From Epiperipatus broadwayi (Eukaryota > Animalia > Onychophora): 64,000 nucleotides of DNA. Positions within the stretch are counted from its first letter, which is position 1. Each line of letters starts with the position of its first letter. The position numbers were made by a program, and so were the translations under genes. Below are positions 27,775-39,312 of the stretch, in pieces. The notes below the pieces were generated by a model. That model was not told the DNA's origin. It ran no database searches and saw nothing but the letters and a program-made list of their open reading frames with translations. The stretch spans positions 14,880,001-14,944,000 of the forward strand of contig JAQFVV010000009.1 of NCBI GenBank assembly GCA_028023455.1. The letters are read 5' to 3'.

Positions 27775-28742
27775 CACCTGGGTCTCATTTTATACAGTAG
27801 ATATGTTCCACAGAAAACCCGCATTAAAAAAAATCACACAAAAATAGACTTAACTTACCTTGAAAAATGGGGGTGTATTTTTCAGAATTCGCATAAAAGC
27901 AAAGTGATAAAAAAAAATTACTTTAAAATTCGCATTAAAAAAATAAGCAAATAAAGTATGACTAATAAAAAATTCCAAATATTTGAAAAAAAATTAATAC
28001 AAGACAAATTTTACTTTTTTTATTAACTACAGTATTTAATTTTTACATTTTTCATACATATTTTAATCATTACCTCTAGCATTCATTTGTAAACTGGTAA
28101 GAAATAAGATTTGATGTGATGTGATGTATTGTGGCTTCTTCTTAAATGAAGTCAAGAATCTCTTAGCAATTATTCCAAAAAAAACCTGTTAGCCATTTTA
28201 TTTTTATTCGTGATGTGATGTACAACTAGTGCCATGTTCAATCTTATGCTATGTTAATGGTTTTCTGTTTCTATATTTAAAAAATGACATTGCAATCAAA
28301 ACAAAAAAATTATACATTATCATTAGAAAGATTATTTTCAGTTTATAAAATCTTCATTTTTTATTTTAAAAATCTAAAAGATTATTTATTTCTGTTATAT
28401 ATAACAAAGACAGGTTAAAAGTTTAAATTTTTTGAATATTTATTGTGGTATTTTTATATGTAAGTATAAATCTATTATTATTATTTACTCATTAGTATAA
28501 ATAGGTTATTTACATAGAAGCTAAAATTCTAAATACAGTTTCAGGCCATGTTCACGTTAGCTGCTAATATAACGTTATATTTTTGAGAAAAAAAAGTATT
28601 TTAAGTCAAAATAAGTTATTAATAATTTAAATTTCTTGATATCTAATAAATATAGTGAAATATGAAAGATATTAAGAAGAAACATGAATCACATAACTTC
28701 AAAATTGCATTAAAATAATCCGTATAAAATGAGACCCAGGTG
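27775..28742. mobile_element. Non-autonomous Tc1/mariner-pogo (Tigger-like) element
   Basis: Perfect 21-bp TIRs CACCTGGGTCTCATTTTATAC / GTATAAAATGAGACCCAGGTG, flanked by TA on both sides. No transposase ORF. Confidence 0.85.
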
Positions 28743-29779
28743 TAATCCATGTTTTATATTTGTCAAGTTTAAAGAGTCTTGCCTAAAATTATTTAATTAA
28801 ATATAAATTAATTTCAATACTTATTAAAGTGAAATCATGCACTAAATGTCTATCTCTTATGTTAAAGTTCAACCTATAAACAACCCACTTTCAAAATATT
28901 ATAAATATAGATATGATATATTTTATTTTAAGGTGATATTGAGTCATTGCTAAGTGTGTTTATTAAATATGTCTTCATTATATCTTATTAAATATATTAT
29001 TATTATTGAGTTTGACATTTAACATTACAATAAAATTTTATGTTTGATTGTATTTTATTATTAATCTAACCAAAGCTACTTAAGAACTGTACTCTATATA
29101 TTCCATCAATTTGTAATAATGAGCATAATTTGAATTTATTATGGATATATATTAGCTATAATAACAGTTATACTACATTACCTAGGGAAAAAAAAGGTGT
29201 TTAATAAAAAGTTAGTGATTGACTAATAAATATACAAACTATCATTTATATATGTGCACATGCCACTTGAGAAATACAAAATGTAAACTGCCTAAAGATT
29301 AAAAGAAAAATTAATTCATGCACACTATTAATATTATTAAATATTTACTTTGTGATATGTAAGAAAACAATAAATTACAATGTAAAGAAAAAAAGAAAAG
29401 TAGTCTTGATACACAAAAGAATTTGAATTGCATTTTTTTTTTTTAAATCTAAATTTCAAATCTTATTTAATCTGCCTTTCGAATGGAGGTTTTAATTGAT
29501 CAACTTGTCCATCTTTATAGAAAATCAGATGGTGGCTTTGAAAATAATATTAAAATTTTAGAATTGATAACATTTTAAAAGTTATAATTAAAAATTTTAA
29601 AGTTGGCAGTGAATTTTTTTTAATTCTACATGATGAAATGTAAATACAAAGAAAAAACAGAGAAAAACTTTTTTCTTTTTTCTTCTTTTATGTATAAAAA
29701 TATAATATATTAAAATTTGTAATGACAACATGTTTTGAAGAAAGTAAAGTTTATGTTTTTCAAAAAATATATTGTTGTA

Positions 29780-30430
29780 ATGATGCAAAAGGTATATATC
29801 TCCAAGCTGGTGACATATATGCTGTTTGAAAACCATGTTGTTTGAACAACATCAATTTAGTATAAATAGGTTGGAAACAATACACTAGAAATTCTTATTA
29901 CTATCCTTCTAATTCTAGGGGTCCAGCAATTCATTCCATATTGCTTTGCATTAAAGAGTAGTCTACTATTGAACCCATGTTGATGTGATCTATATGGAAG
30001 AGAGAAACAATCACTGATTAAAACTTTTACCATAATAAACCGTATTTTACTGACTGTTCTGGAAGTATTTTTCAATATTCCAGTTATAACAGTCAGTATG
30101 GCGATTTTATTAAAAAGAAATCCATATACCATATGTAGCTAAAAAACCAAAAAACATGCCAATCAAAATGCTTCAAAAATGCAGTCAGATTCAGAAATTA
30201 GTGCTGAAGTTTGAAAAACCAGCTTGAGCCACATCTCTATAGTTCAGTGAATGAAGAAATGGATAGTGCCATATAAATTTCTCAAGACCTATAGATATTA
30301 TACCTCATATAATATCACCAATACTGCTGTATTTACTCTTTCTATCTTCACCAATGTTCAAAAAGCTCATCATCAGAAAAACTAAGGAAGACAACAGTAA
30401 AATATTAAAAAAACAATACCTAAAAAAACC
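29780..30430 (-). pseudogene. Possible L1/Tx1-type ORF2 C-terminal remnant
   Basis: One frame with scattered stops reads GLEKFIWHYPFLHSL...F*I*LHF*SILIGMFFGFLATYGIW, reminiscent of ET.EH.FW.C...FW...A.Y.IW in zf-RVT tails. Confidence 0.35.
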
Positions 30431-30752
30431 ATTATTAGTGAATATTTTTTAATGGAGTAAGATCTTATTATAAATACCATAAGGCTTTAAATTTGAACCA
30501 TAGATTAAACTTAAAATATATTGTGTTACTATAATATTTTTATATATTACAAGCATAAAGCTAAACTTTTTGGATTTGGGGTAATTTTAATTATATTTTT
30601 GTATAGATGTTGATAGTTGTGACTATATATGCAACCATTTTATTTATTCATTATCAAATCAGTTGTTTATTTATATAATGCTATGTTTTAATCTGTAACA
30701 ATCTTTAAGAATCATCCATTACACATGCACTGTAAACTAATAAAGACTTTTA

Positions 30753-30958
30753 AGAAATACTCTTCTTTCCAAACACAGGATATTAATAATTAAAACATAG
30801 GAAATGGAATGAAAAGTGATTAATTAATATCTTCATACTCTCATTTCCAAATGCTTAAGATTTTCCTATACATATACATTTAGGTTAAAAAGGTAGAGTA
30901 GATTTTTTTCTATCTTTTCAAAAGACTTTATCTTGTGTTTGGAAAGGAGAGTATTCCC
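30753..30958. mobile_element. Tourist-like (PIF/Harbinger) MITE, ~206 bp
   Basis: ~28-bp imperfect TIRs agaaatactcttctttccaaacacagga / tcttgtgtttggaaaggagagtattccc, with TTA/TAA flanks. Confidence 0.65.
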
Positions 30959-31837
30959 TAAAAGTGATCCCTAAAGATTGTTATTCATTATTAATAAATT
31001 GTTAAAAAAAATTGTTTTATTAATCCATTTAGTTTGTGTTTGTGCTTTTTACACTCATATGCTTGTTAATATCCACAGCATTCACCGGAAAACATGCTGA
31101 GATGGCCGTAATAATTGATGATGATTGTTCATTTAAAGAAATTTTAAAAAGTAAACTTTCTTTTTAGGAGGTTTGACACTTTTGAATTTCTTTTTATGGA
31201 AACTAGAAAACAAATAAAATACTTTTGAGAGTATTTGTATTTTAAAATTATAAATCATCATCATCGCATTGGTTAATAATATATATTTGAATTAAAATTT
31301 TTATTTGAATTTTATTAACCATTCAATTTAATATTTATTTGAACCAAAGTTTACGTTACACATCTTGAAGATCTCATTACATATATGTGTAATCTTTGAT
31401 TTATATAGTTGATATCCAGGTTTAAACTCATTCTTCATTTAACATAAATATATAAATCTATATTTCATTTACTTGTTATATAAATACCGTACTACAACAA
31501 CAAACCGTTACAATATATATATAATAAAAAACTAACTTTACTTTGAAGTTTATAAAAGACAAAAGTCTTAAACAATCTACTGGATGACAAAGAATGTTTC
31601 AAAATCCCTCTACAATATTGAGAAAACAGTGAAGAAGACACCACCATCATACTGGCTAACTGCTGGATGATGAAAGTTTTATGTCTTTTTTTTTTTGTCA
31701 TGCTTTAAGTTAGTAACACCTAAATAAATTATTATTGCCAAGCGATCATTTTTAATCAAGATAATCATTCGCTAATCGATATTTGGATGGATGGCTGAAT
31801 TATTGTTTGAAAAAAAAAAAAAACTTACTTGAGAAAT

Positions 31838-31915
31838 TCTTAAGCGTCCCCAGATTCGAATCTAGATCGTGAACATGTTAGTCAGATTCTCTAACTACTT
31901 CACTGAAAGGTTCTT
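31838..31915 (-). repeat. tRNA-derived SINE head or tRNA pseudogene
   Basis: Minus strand gaacctttcagtgaagtagttagagaatctgactaacatgttcacgatctagattcgaatctggggacgc has A-box- and B-box-like (gattcgaatc) segments. Confidence 0.55.
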
Positions 31916-31923
31916 TGTATTAA

Positions 31924-31968
31924 GTGTGTGTGTGTGTGTGTGTGTGTGAGTGTGTGTGTGTGTGTGTG
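31924..31968. repeat. (TG)n microsatellite
   Basis: Seen directly. Confidence 0.95.
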
Positions 31969-33267
31969 TAAATATATAATCGACACACACAAATGTGCAT
32001 TTGTTTTTATTACATAAAATTTGAATCGATTTTACACGGAAACTCATTAAACTTTTAAATGAACCTATAAACAATAGCGTTCATTTTAATAAAAACCCAT
32101 TTAATGCTATTTTTGTAATCTTCAACAAATTTGTAAACAAACATTTAAAATCGATACCTCGTAAATTTAATGATAATTATGATTTTTACAATAACAGTAA
32201 ATATTTTTTTGACTGCGCTTTTTATCTTTTAAATGATGCACCGCTAAAAGAAGAGCTGGCCCATCCCCTGGAATGATTCAGAAATGAAATAAAATCTGCT
32301 TAATGTCTTCGTTTTACAACAATGCTAATATTTAGCCATTATGTAAAGGTTTCTTTCTTAGAGACTGCTTCATATGCACATAATATCCAGTCTAGGAGTT
32401 TCCTCTTAAATTATTAGACCTTTACAAAGTGATAATATCTCTCTTTCTGCATGAATAAAGAAACCTGAATTTAAAAATTTTGACTCAGAAAATTCTGATG
32501 GAGATAATTATGAGATGGTTAAAATCGATGCAGAGAGGAAATTGAGATGATTAACAATTTAAAAAATATATATTCAGTAAATTTAGTTTAAAAGTCATTG
32601 TGATTTTTAATGTAGGTTGACCTTGATAACATGAAGGTTAGAGAATTTAGATAAAAAAACATTTATTATTTTTGAAGATAAAAAGAACACTCTTACTTAA
32701 ACATAGATTAATAAATAAATTCAAGAAAAGATTTGAAGATACGATAGTAAAATTGTACAAAATTATAATAAATTTTTCTCTCGTAAGCATCTATTGTACT
32801 TTTTTTTAAAAAAAATCTATCTTCAGAAAATCAACACGCATATTATACATAAGAATGTTTATATATTTATGAAGGGCCAAATAACACAATGACAGGGTAT
32901 GTACTTGCTGTACTTATGATCTAGGTTTGAATCCGCTCCAAATAAAAAAATTTTTATAACAAATTTGAGATTTTTTTTCTTGAATAGCCAGTCCGTATAT
33001 AATATTAGTTGCTAAATAGATAATTTGATATTCTTAGCTAGAAAGTAAAACAAAATTAGAAATTGGTTCAAATCCTCACTACTTGACAATTTGCAAATCT
33101 TTTCTCTCACTATTCTTTTTTAAGAGGTCATTTGAAAGACCTCGTTCTGCAGTTTGTTATTCAAAGGATGTTTTATATTTTACTTCTAAATTAAAATTTA
33201 CATACATATATATTAGCATTTATTTTGAATGAGTAATTTTATTATTATGACTTATTAAATTATTAAA

Positions 33268-33395
33268 CCACTAAACATCACATGATCACCATCTCTTATG
33301 CTAGCACATAACTGTTATTAAGCAGGCAAAACTATGGTTGGCACAGGGTGGCAGAGTGGCACTACTGTATGGAGAGTTTTGCCTGTTTTATTAAA
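33268..33395. repeat. Short palindromic fragment of the 33598-33989 element family
   Basis: caggcaaaact...agttttgcctg. The left arm is the reverse complement of the 33940-33989 tail. The same gtggca..tgtat.gagagttttgcctgtttta terminus also occurs at ~20980-21027. Confidence 0.7.
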
Positions 33396-33597
33396 TTATT
33401 GTTTCCAACTAAATTTAGATAATCGTTTTCAATATAAAAAATGGTTTTTTATTCTAAATTTATTTATTTGCATTTTAAAAGAAATCTTGAAAATAATAAT
33501 TTATTAAGATTGATTGTAAATATTAAAAATATACATATATAAATAAATCTTTATGTGCAATTATAGAAAGAAAGAATAACTTAAGTAAAATTATAGT

Positions 33598-33989
33598 GAC
33601 AAACTCTCCATATACTGTACCACCTAGTATAAACTATAGTAATCAATGGATGCAAAATTTGTGCATAAAATACCTATATAGTAACTACTCATCCAATATT
33701 CCCAGACTAGTTTTTAGTTTGTTGGCTTTTATCAGTGAAGAGCCTTGGATCTGATATCCTCAGACTAGTTTAACTTGTAGCTTTTGTCGGTGTGGAGTTG
33801 ATGAAAACCACAAGTTAGAAACTAGTCTGGGGATATTGCATGAGTAGATACTAGATAGAGATTTTATACACAAACCTTTTTGCATTCAGTAATTACTATG
33901 GTTTGCAGTGGGTGGCACTACTGTGTGGAAAGTTAATCAGTTTTAACAGCTTGTGCAAGATAGGAAGTTGCAGTTATATGATGTTTAGT
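33598..33989. mobile_element. 392-bp non-coding foldback retroelement with three hammerhead-like motifs and a 17-bp target-site duplication
   Basis: TTAAGTAAAATTATAGT occurs at 33581-33597 and 33990-34006. Arms 33598-33741 and 33798-33935 are inverted. Hammerhead-like motifs lie at 33699-33741(-), 33757-33796(-) and 33798-33833(+), all ending (G)AAA-CTAG-TC-TG.GGA. Confidence 0.75.
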
Positions 33990-34681
33990 TTAAGTAAAAT
34001 TATAGTTATTTATTGTTATTTAATAGAAGAAAGTATATAAAAATAATATATATATATATTAAATTTCTTGGTCAAAGACAATCAAAATAATAGTACTGTG
34101 AAGCATGTCATTGATATGTGTTGCCATCATTGATAGTACTTTCATCATTTTTTATATATTTTAAAATTATCATCTCATACTTAAAAGTATATCACTGATT
34201 TTTAATAAGTTCTGGTAGTGTGGTGTTTTGATACTCATTATACTTTAATGAAGCCCTTACAGCAATAATTTAAGTTTTATTCATATATTTTATTCACTGT
34301 GTCTATTATTCATTCAGAATTAAAAAGATATATTTAATCAATATATAAACAACTCTTTACAATCTCTAACTAACTCATTACAATTTCTAACAAACTCATT
34401 ACCATCTCTTCAAAAAATTTCTATACAAAAATCCTTTGATAATAACCAATATAATAGTCAAATGTCAACTATGTGAGAGTTTGTTTTTTTTTTAATTTAT
34501 TTTTATTTTTAAAATAAGCTTATTCATTATTTAAAAATTATAAATGTAATAATAGTAAAATGTAATTCAATTACTATATGTCAGAAGATAATGACATTTC
34601 ATTTGTAATTATATGTTAAATTATTTTCATCAACTAATTTAATTGTTAAATGTTTTTAGAATAAATTCAAACTTTCATTCA

Positions 34682-34873
34682 TTCACTGCACCATTCTCAA
34701 GCAAAGTAGGGAATGATTTCTATCCACTTTTAACAACTTGTGGAGGGATGCAATCATAAAAATATGATCAAAAACATGTGAAAAAAATCTTTGATACCCA
34801 ACTGTGCATTTCATGGTGAACAAGTACTTATCAATTGGGCCAGATCACAATCTCTTACACATATCTTTATCAC

Positions 34874-34913
<40 letters not shown>

Positions 34914-35126
34914 AGATATGTGTATAGAGATATATATACTGAAGATATGTGCAAGAGATTGTGGTCTAGACCAACTGATGAGTGCTGGTTCAACACAAAA
35001 TGTACATCTTGGGGATCATAGATCTTTTGTCATATCTTTGATCATATATTTATAATTATATCCTTCCTCAAGGTGTTAAAGGTGAATAGAAACCTATATC
35101 TATTTATGTAAGAGTGGTGTAGTGAA
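34682..35126. mobile_element. ~445-bp foldback element with a (TA)n centre and a hammerhead-like motif in each arm
   Basis: 34682-34868 is the reverse complement of ~34905-35126. The centre is (TA)n at 34870-34905. Confidence 0.8.
34969..35014 (+). ncRNA. Minimal type-I hammerhead ribozyme, canonical CUGAUGA core but G12>A (probably inactive)
   Basis: ccaa | ctgatga | gtgctg gtt caacac | aaaa | tgtaca tc | ttgg. The mirror copy at 34794-34838(-) reads ccaa ttgataa gtacttgttcaccat gaaa tgcaca. Confidence 0.7.
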
Positions 35127-35753
35127 AATTACACTACAGAAATAATATTCATTATACACAACTGATAATTATATGATATAGGTTAGTATTATTAACAGTT
35201 AAAAGTAATGGAAGCAGTACAATATATAATTGTATGTAATGTTATTAAGATCACATAAAAACATTGATATGTTAACATATATATATATTTAAATTTTCTG
35301 ATTTTTTTAAATCAATGATCTTCCACTTTAGCTGATTTCTACCACAACCATCAATCAACCCAGAAAACAGACCAACCTCTCATTATAGGTGCATTTTTTT
35401 CTGGTAATTTTCATTTATTAACAGCTACTTATAAATGAGTATAGTCTTTCTAACTCCAGAAAAAAAGATAGAAAGATAAAAAATGAAGTTAAGATTGTTT
35501 TTGTGACAATTGTTATAAATGTACACTCTCACATGTATTTATCATTGTATGCAGAATTGTTTCCTAAATCTAGTTGAAGTATTAAATGTTTCTAGGATAA
35601 GTTTAACTATTTGAATACATTCAATTTCTGGTAATATTGGAGATGTTAACACAAATTACAATATTTTTAATTCTATTTTTCTTCTCACTTCTTTATGTGT
35701 TGCTGGCCTGAACAGTCATAGATAACACAGGAATTAAATTGATAATTTTTAGA

Positions 35754-35784
<31 letters not shown>

Positions 35785-38700
35785 CCAAAATAATTACATT
35801 ATTTTGTTTTAAAAAGATTAAAGACATTCAATGTATTTTTGAAGCAATTATATTTAGATTGTTGGTAAAATAAAGGTATTGTCATGTTTAAATTCAGGTT
35901 CAAAAAATATCTGTGAATATTAAATTTATTCATTACAGAAAATACTTTTTTTTTAACAGAACAATTTAAAATTGTTAATAGAAAATTTTAAGTTACTATC
36001 TAATAAACAGGATCAGCTTTTAATATTTGTAAATAAGAATAAACTGTATACAAATTTCCAATAAAATAAGGATATTTTCATATTCAAACTCAGATTTAAA
36101 TAGTACCTTTGCAGGTGTGACTTTAATATCCACTGAAAGAATACTTCCCTTATCAAGACTTAATTCTTAATGTACAGTATTACAAAATTGTTTCTGGAAA
36201 AACTTATTTCCTATCTTCATCATTTTAATTATGTTCCTTTTCAACTTCTGTTTAATCATCTTATCCAAAGTTCTGGAATTTAAATTCATAAAACAATGTC
36301 TGCAATGATATTGCTATAGTTATCTACAAACTGGTTAGCATTTTATGGTAAGTTTTTTATCAACACAGATGATAGATAAAAATAATTCAATTTAAGATTA
36401 TGACTTTGTGGAATTTGGTAGCATGACAAACTTTGGAGCTCAAGGTTCATAAATTGTGGCCATAATCCACTTCTACTAGTATTCAAATTTCTCATGAACT
36501 CCTAAACAATAAACTGTTTGATTACTTTTTGTATTTAACATTATTTGTTTTTAACATGAGTTTTTGCAGTAATGTCTTTTTTCTCCAAAATATTAGAAAT
36601 GAATTTAATCATAGGATAATCTCTTGTCCCTTTCATTCTTTTGTTGGTAATAAAAAACACCAGAATTATTTTTTTTTTTTTGTCAAAATCTATAAAACAA
36701 TATTAAGATTACACAAATAACTTTATAACTATTATTTTAAACTAAGAATAAGGTTATTAAGATATTGCTCTATATGGTGACTAAAACAGTAATTTGTTAA
36801 ATTAAAATTACATTTAATTCTGCAGTTAGTTTATTAAAAAATTGGATATTATAATATTAAATAACAAATGCATAGATTAATAACAATTCCTGCATCATTA
36901 ACTTGATTATCTAATTACCCAAAGGCTTATCCAAATAATAATAGAAAAAAATCTTTTTCAAAATCCTGTCCATCAAAATATCAAGGACAGCCCAGGGCAC
37001 ATCACAGAACATCAATTGTAACAATAGTGTTTTTAAAATAACACACAAACAAGAATAATTTTGTTTTTTAAATAATAATATTTACTAAATAAAAAGTTTT
37101 GAAAACAAATTTTTGTTCTAAAACATCTATATTAATAGGATTCTAAATTCAAGCCTTTTCTACTCCAAAAATCAATCACAAGTAACTGTGGAAAATTGAT
37201 TCACGATCAAGGGGAGGGGGACAGAATATTTAACCCCAGATACTTTCAAAGGTTTTAAGGGCTATACCACAGAACATCTGGATTTTTTTTATTGTTTTCA
37301 TTTTGATTCTGTTATATATTGATTTCACAGCAAGGTTGAATTCAATAGTTTATGGACCAAGTTTCCATATTATTTGTCATTGGCCTCTTGCCTATAAAAA
37401 ATTGTTGTTTTTTTTAAATTTTACTAATATGGTACTATTTAAAAAACAATTTAACTCTAAAATTTGTTATTTAGTGAACACTGACATTATTTAAGAAGTG
37501 GTGTTTTTCTCATACATCTATTATTTAGAAAATACTATTGTTTCAATGAATCTAACAGTTTTAATTATATATTTATAAATTCTTTTTTTATTATTTTATT
37601 TAAGAAGGATATTTCATCACATATCTTTCTATATAACTAATTAATAAACAGACATTATCGTTAACAACTTTAATATTGCATAAACACACAATTTATAAAT
37701 ATGTAACTAACTTTTAACAATGCTCATTGTATTTCGAGCACTAATCAACTGAAGCAAGTGGATGGATGGGTAATGGTTTTAAATTCATGCCAATACTATT
37801 GCCTATATTTTTAGATATTAAAATAACTTTAAAGTTGTCGATTTTGCTTCAATTACTTTTAAGTACAATACGAAATAATTTTATACAAAATTGAATTATT
37901 GGTTATTTTTTTCATAATTATCATTACTAATTTAAGAATAATTTTTCCGTTGTTGTGCATTTTTTATTCAATGGAATAAAACTAATTAATCAGTATATCT
38001 ATTCTACTTCCATTTGTTAATATACAAATTGGAATTAAAGGAACTAAATCTGGAAAAAGACATTTTTCACTATTGGATCAACTTCTAGAAAGAGAAAATA
38101 TTTAAGGATAGTTTTCTGGCTTATTAATAATATCACTATGTGAGGCCGTAAATCTTTTAAATTTTGTAATTTTATGATCAAATATAGATAAAGTTACAGA
38201 ATTTAGAACATTTATAGAATCACAATATAAAATAATAACGACAAAGGAAAAATTATTTTTTATGAGAGAAAAGAAAATAATAAGTAGTTTTAATCATTTA
38301 TCTGGATCAAACAATAATTTAAGAACTATTTATAATTTATCTAATTGGCATCTCAATGAAATAAAAATCTAGTTTTATTTACAGGTTTTAATTACATCAT
38401 CTAGAGTTTCCTAAGAAAATATTGATTATAGAATACAATCACTTTTAAAAGGTTTTAGCAGCTGTGTTGTGGAATTAATTAAAACAAAAGAGCTTCATTC
38501 TTAACAAAGGTCAGTCTCTTAAAAAGAAAATTTAATAAAGGTGGAGATTTCAGCTTTTAAACAATTTGAAAATAAATAAAAAACTATTGACGCATTTACT
38601 CATATATTAGTGTCAATACCTTAATTATTGCAATCATATTAGTAAAAAATAAACATTAAAAATATTATTTGCCCCAAAAATGTCTGCTTTACAACCACTT

Positions 38701-39312
38701 TACAACATCTTATTCAAAAATTGAATAAATATGCGCCGGTTATATTGCTAGCATAGTTTCACTAAAGATGTGACTTTGCACAAACAGCGCATCCATCAGA
38801 AACAGTTCTACTTATCAATGCCACATACAGTGGATATAATGTCTTGTTTTAAAATGTATATAAAAATCTATTTATTGTTTAGATGAAGAAATATTATGAG
38901 TATGATCCTATTTTTGAAATCAGTAAACAAATACTGTTTCAGTCATGCATTGTCGTAAATCTGTCAATAAACTAGAGTAAAAGCTACTCTTCTTTTATCA
39001 TATATTAGGAAGCTAAGAACTTAAGCAATTTATTGTTAATCTTATCTTTCTAGCTAGGAAATAAAAAAGTTAATAAAGAACTTACTGATCTGGAATCAGA
39101 TCTATATATCTGTTCAAGCAGGTTGATTTGAATTTAAAACCTTAATGTATTTGATTTTCAGGCTTTTAGTTTGAATAATAAGCTGGAATAAAAGTTAGCT
39201 ACTAAAGCATAACTGCATTACTTCTATCTTTGATTCTCAAGCCTTATTAATGAAAACAAAAACTAGAAATTGCCATGTGATGGGGTTTTAAAAATACTAC
39301 AATATAATAATC

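Larger units (their letters stand above)
31740..33150. promoter_or_regulatory. CpG-retaining island, candidate (bidirectional) promoter region
   Basis: Many CG dinucleotides compared with the flanks. Several ATCGAT cores resemble the DRE (~31776, 32026, 32150, 32524). There is a candidate minus-strand ATG exon immediately to the left. Confidence 0.4.

Noticed and set aside
29780-30430. Frame that reads like a membrane protein if TGA=Trp (NUMT or recoded gene)
   Set aside because: TAA and TAG stops are also in frame and no mitochondrial protein is recognisable; a decayed L1/Tx1 ORF2 tail fits better.
32232-32300. GC-richer stretch starting ATGATGC as a C/D snoRNA or SECIS element
   Set aside because: There is no properly placed CTGA D box, and the SECIS stem does not close with a GA quartet.
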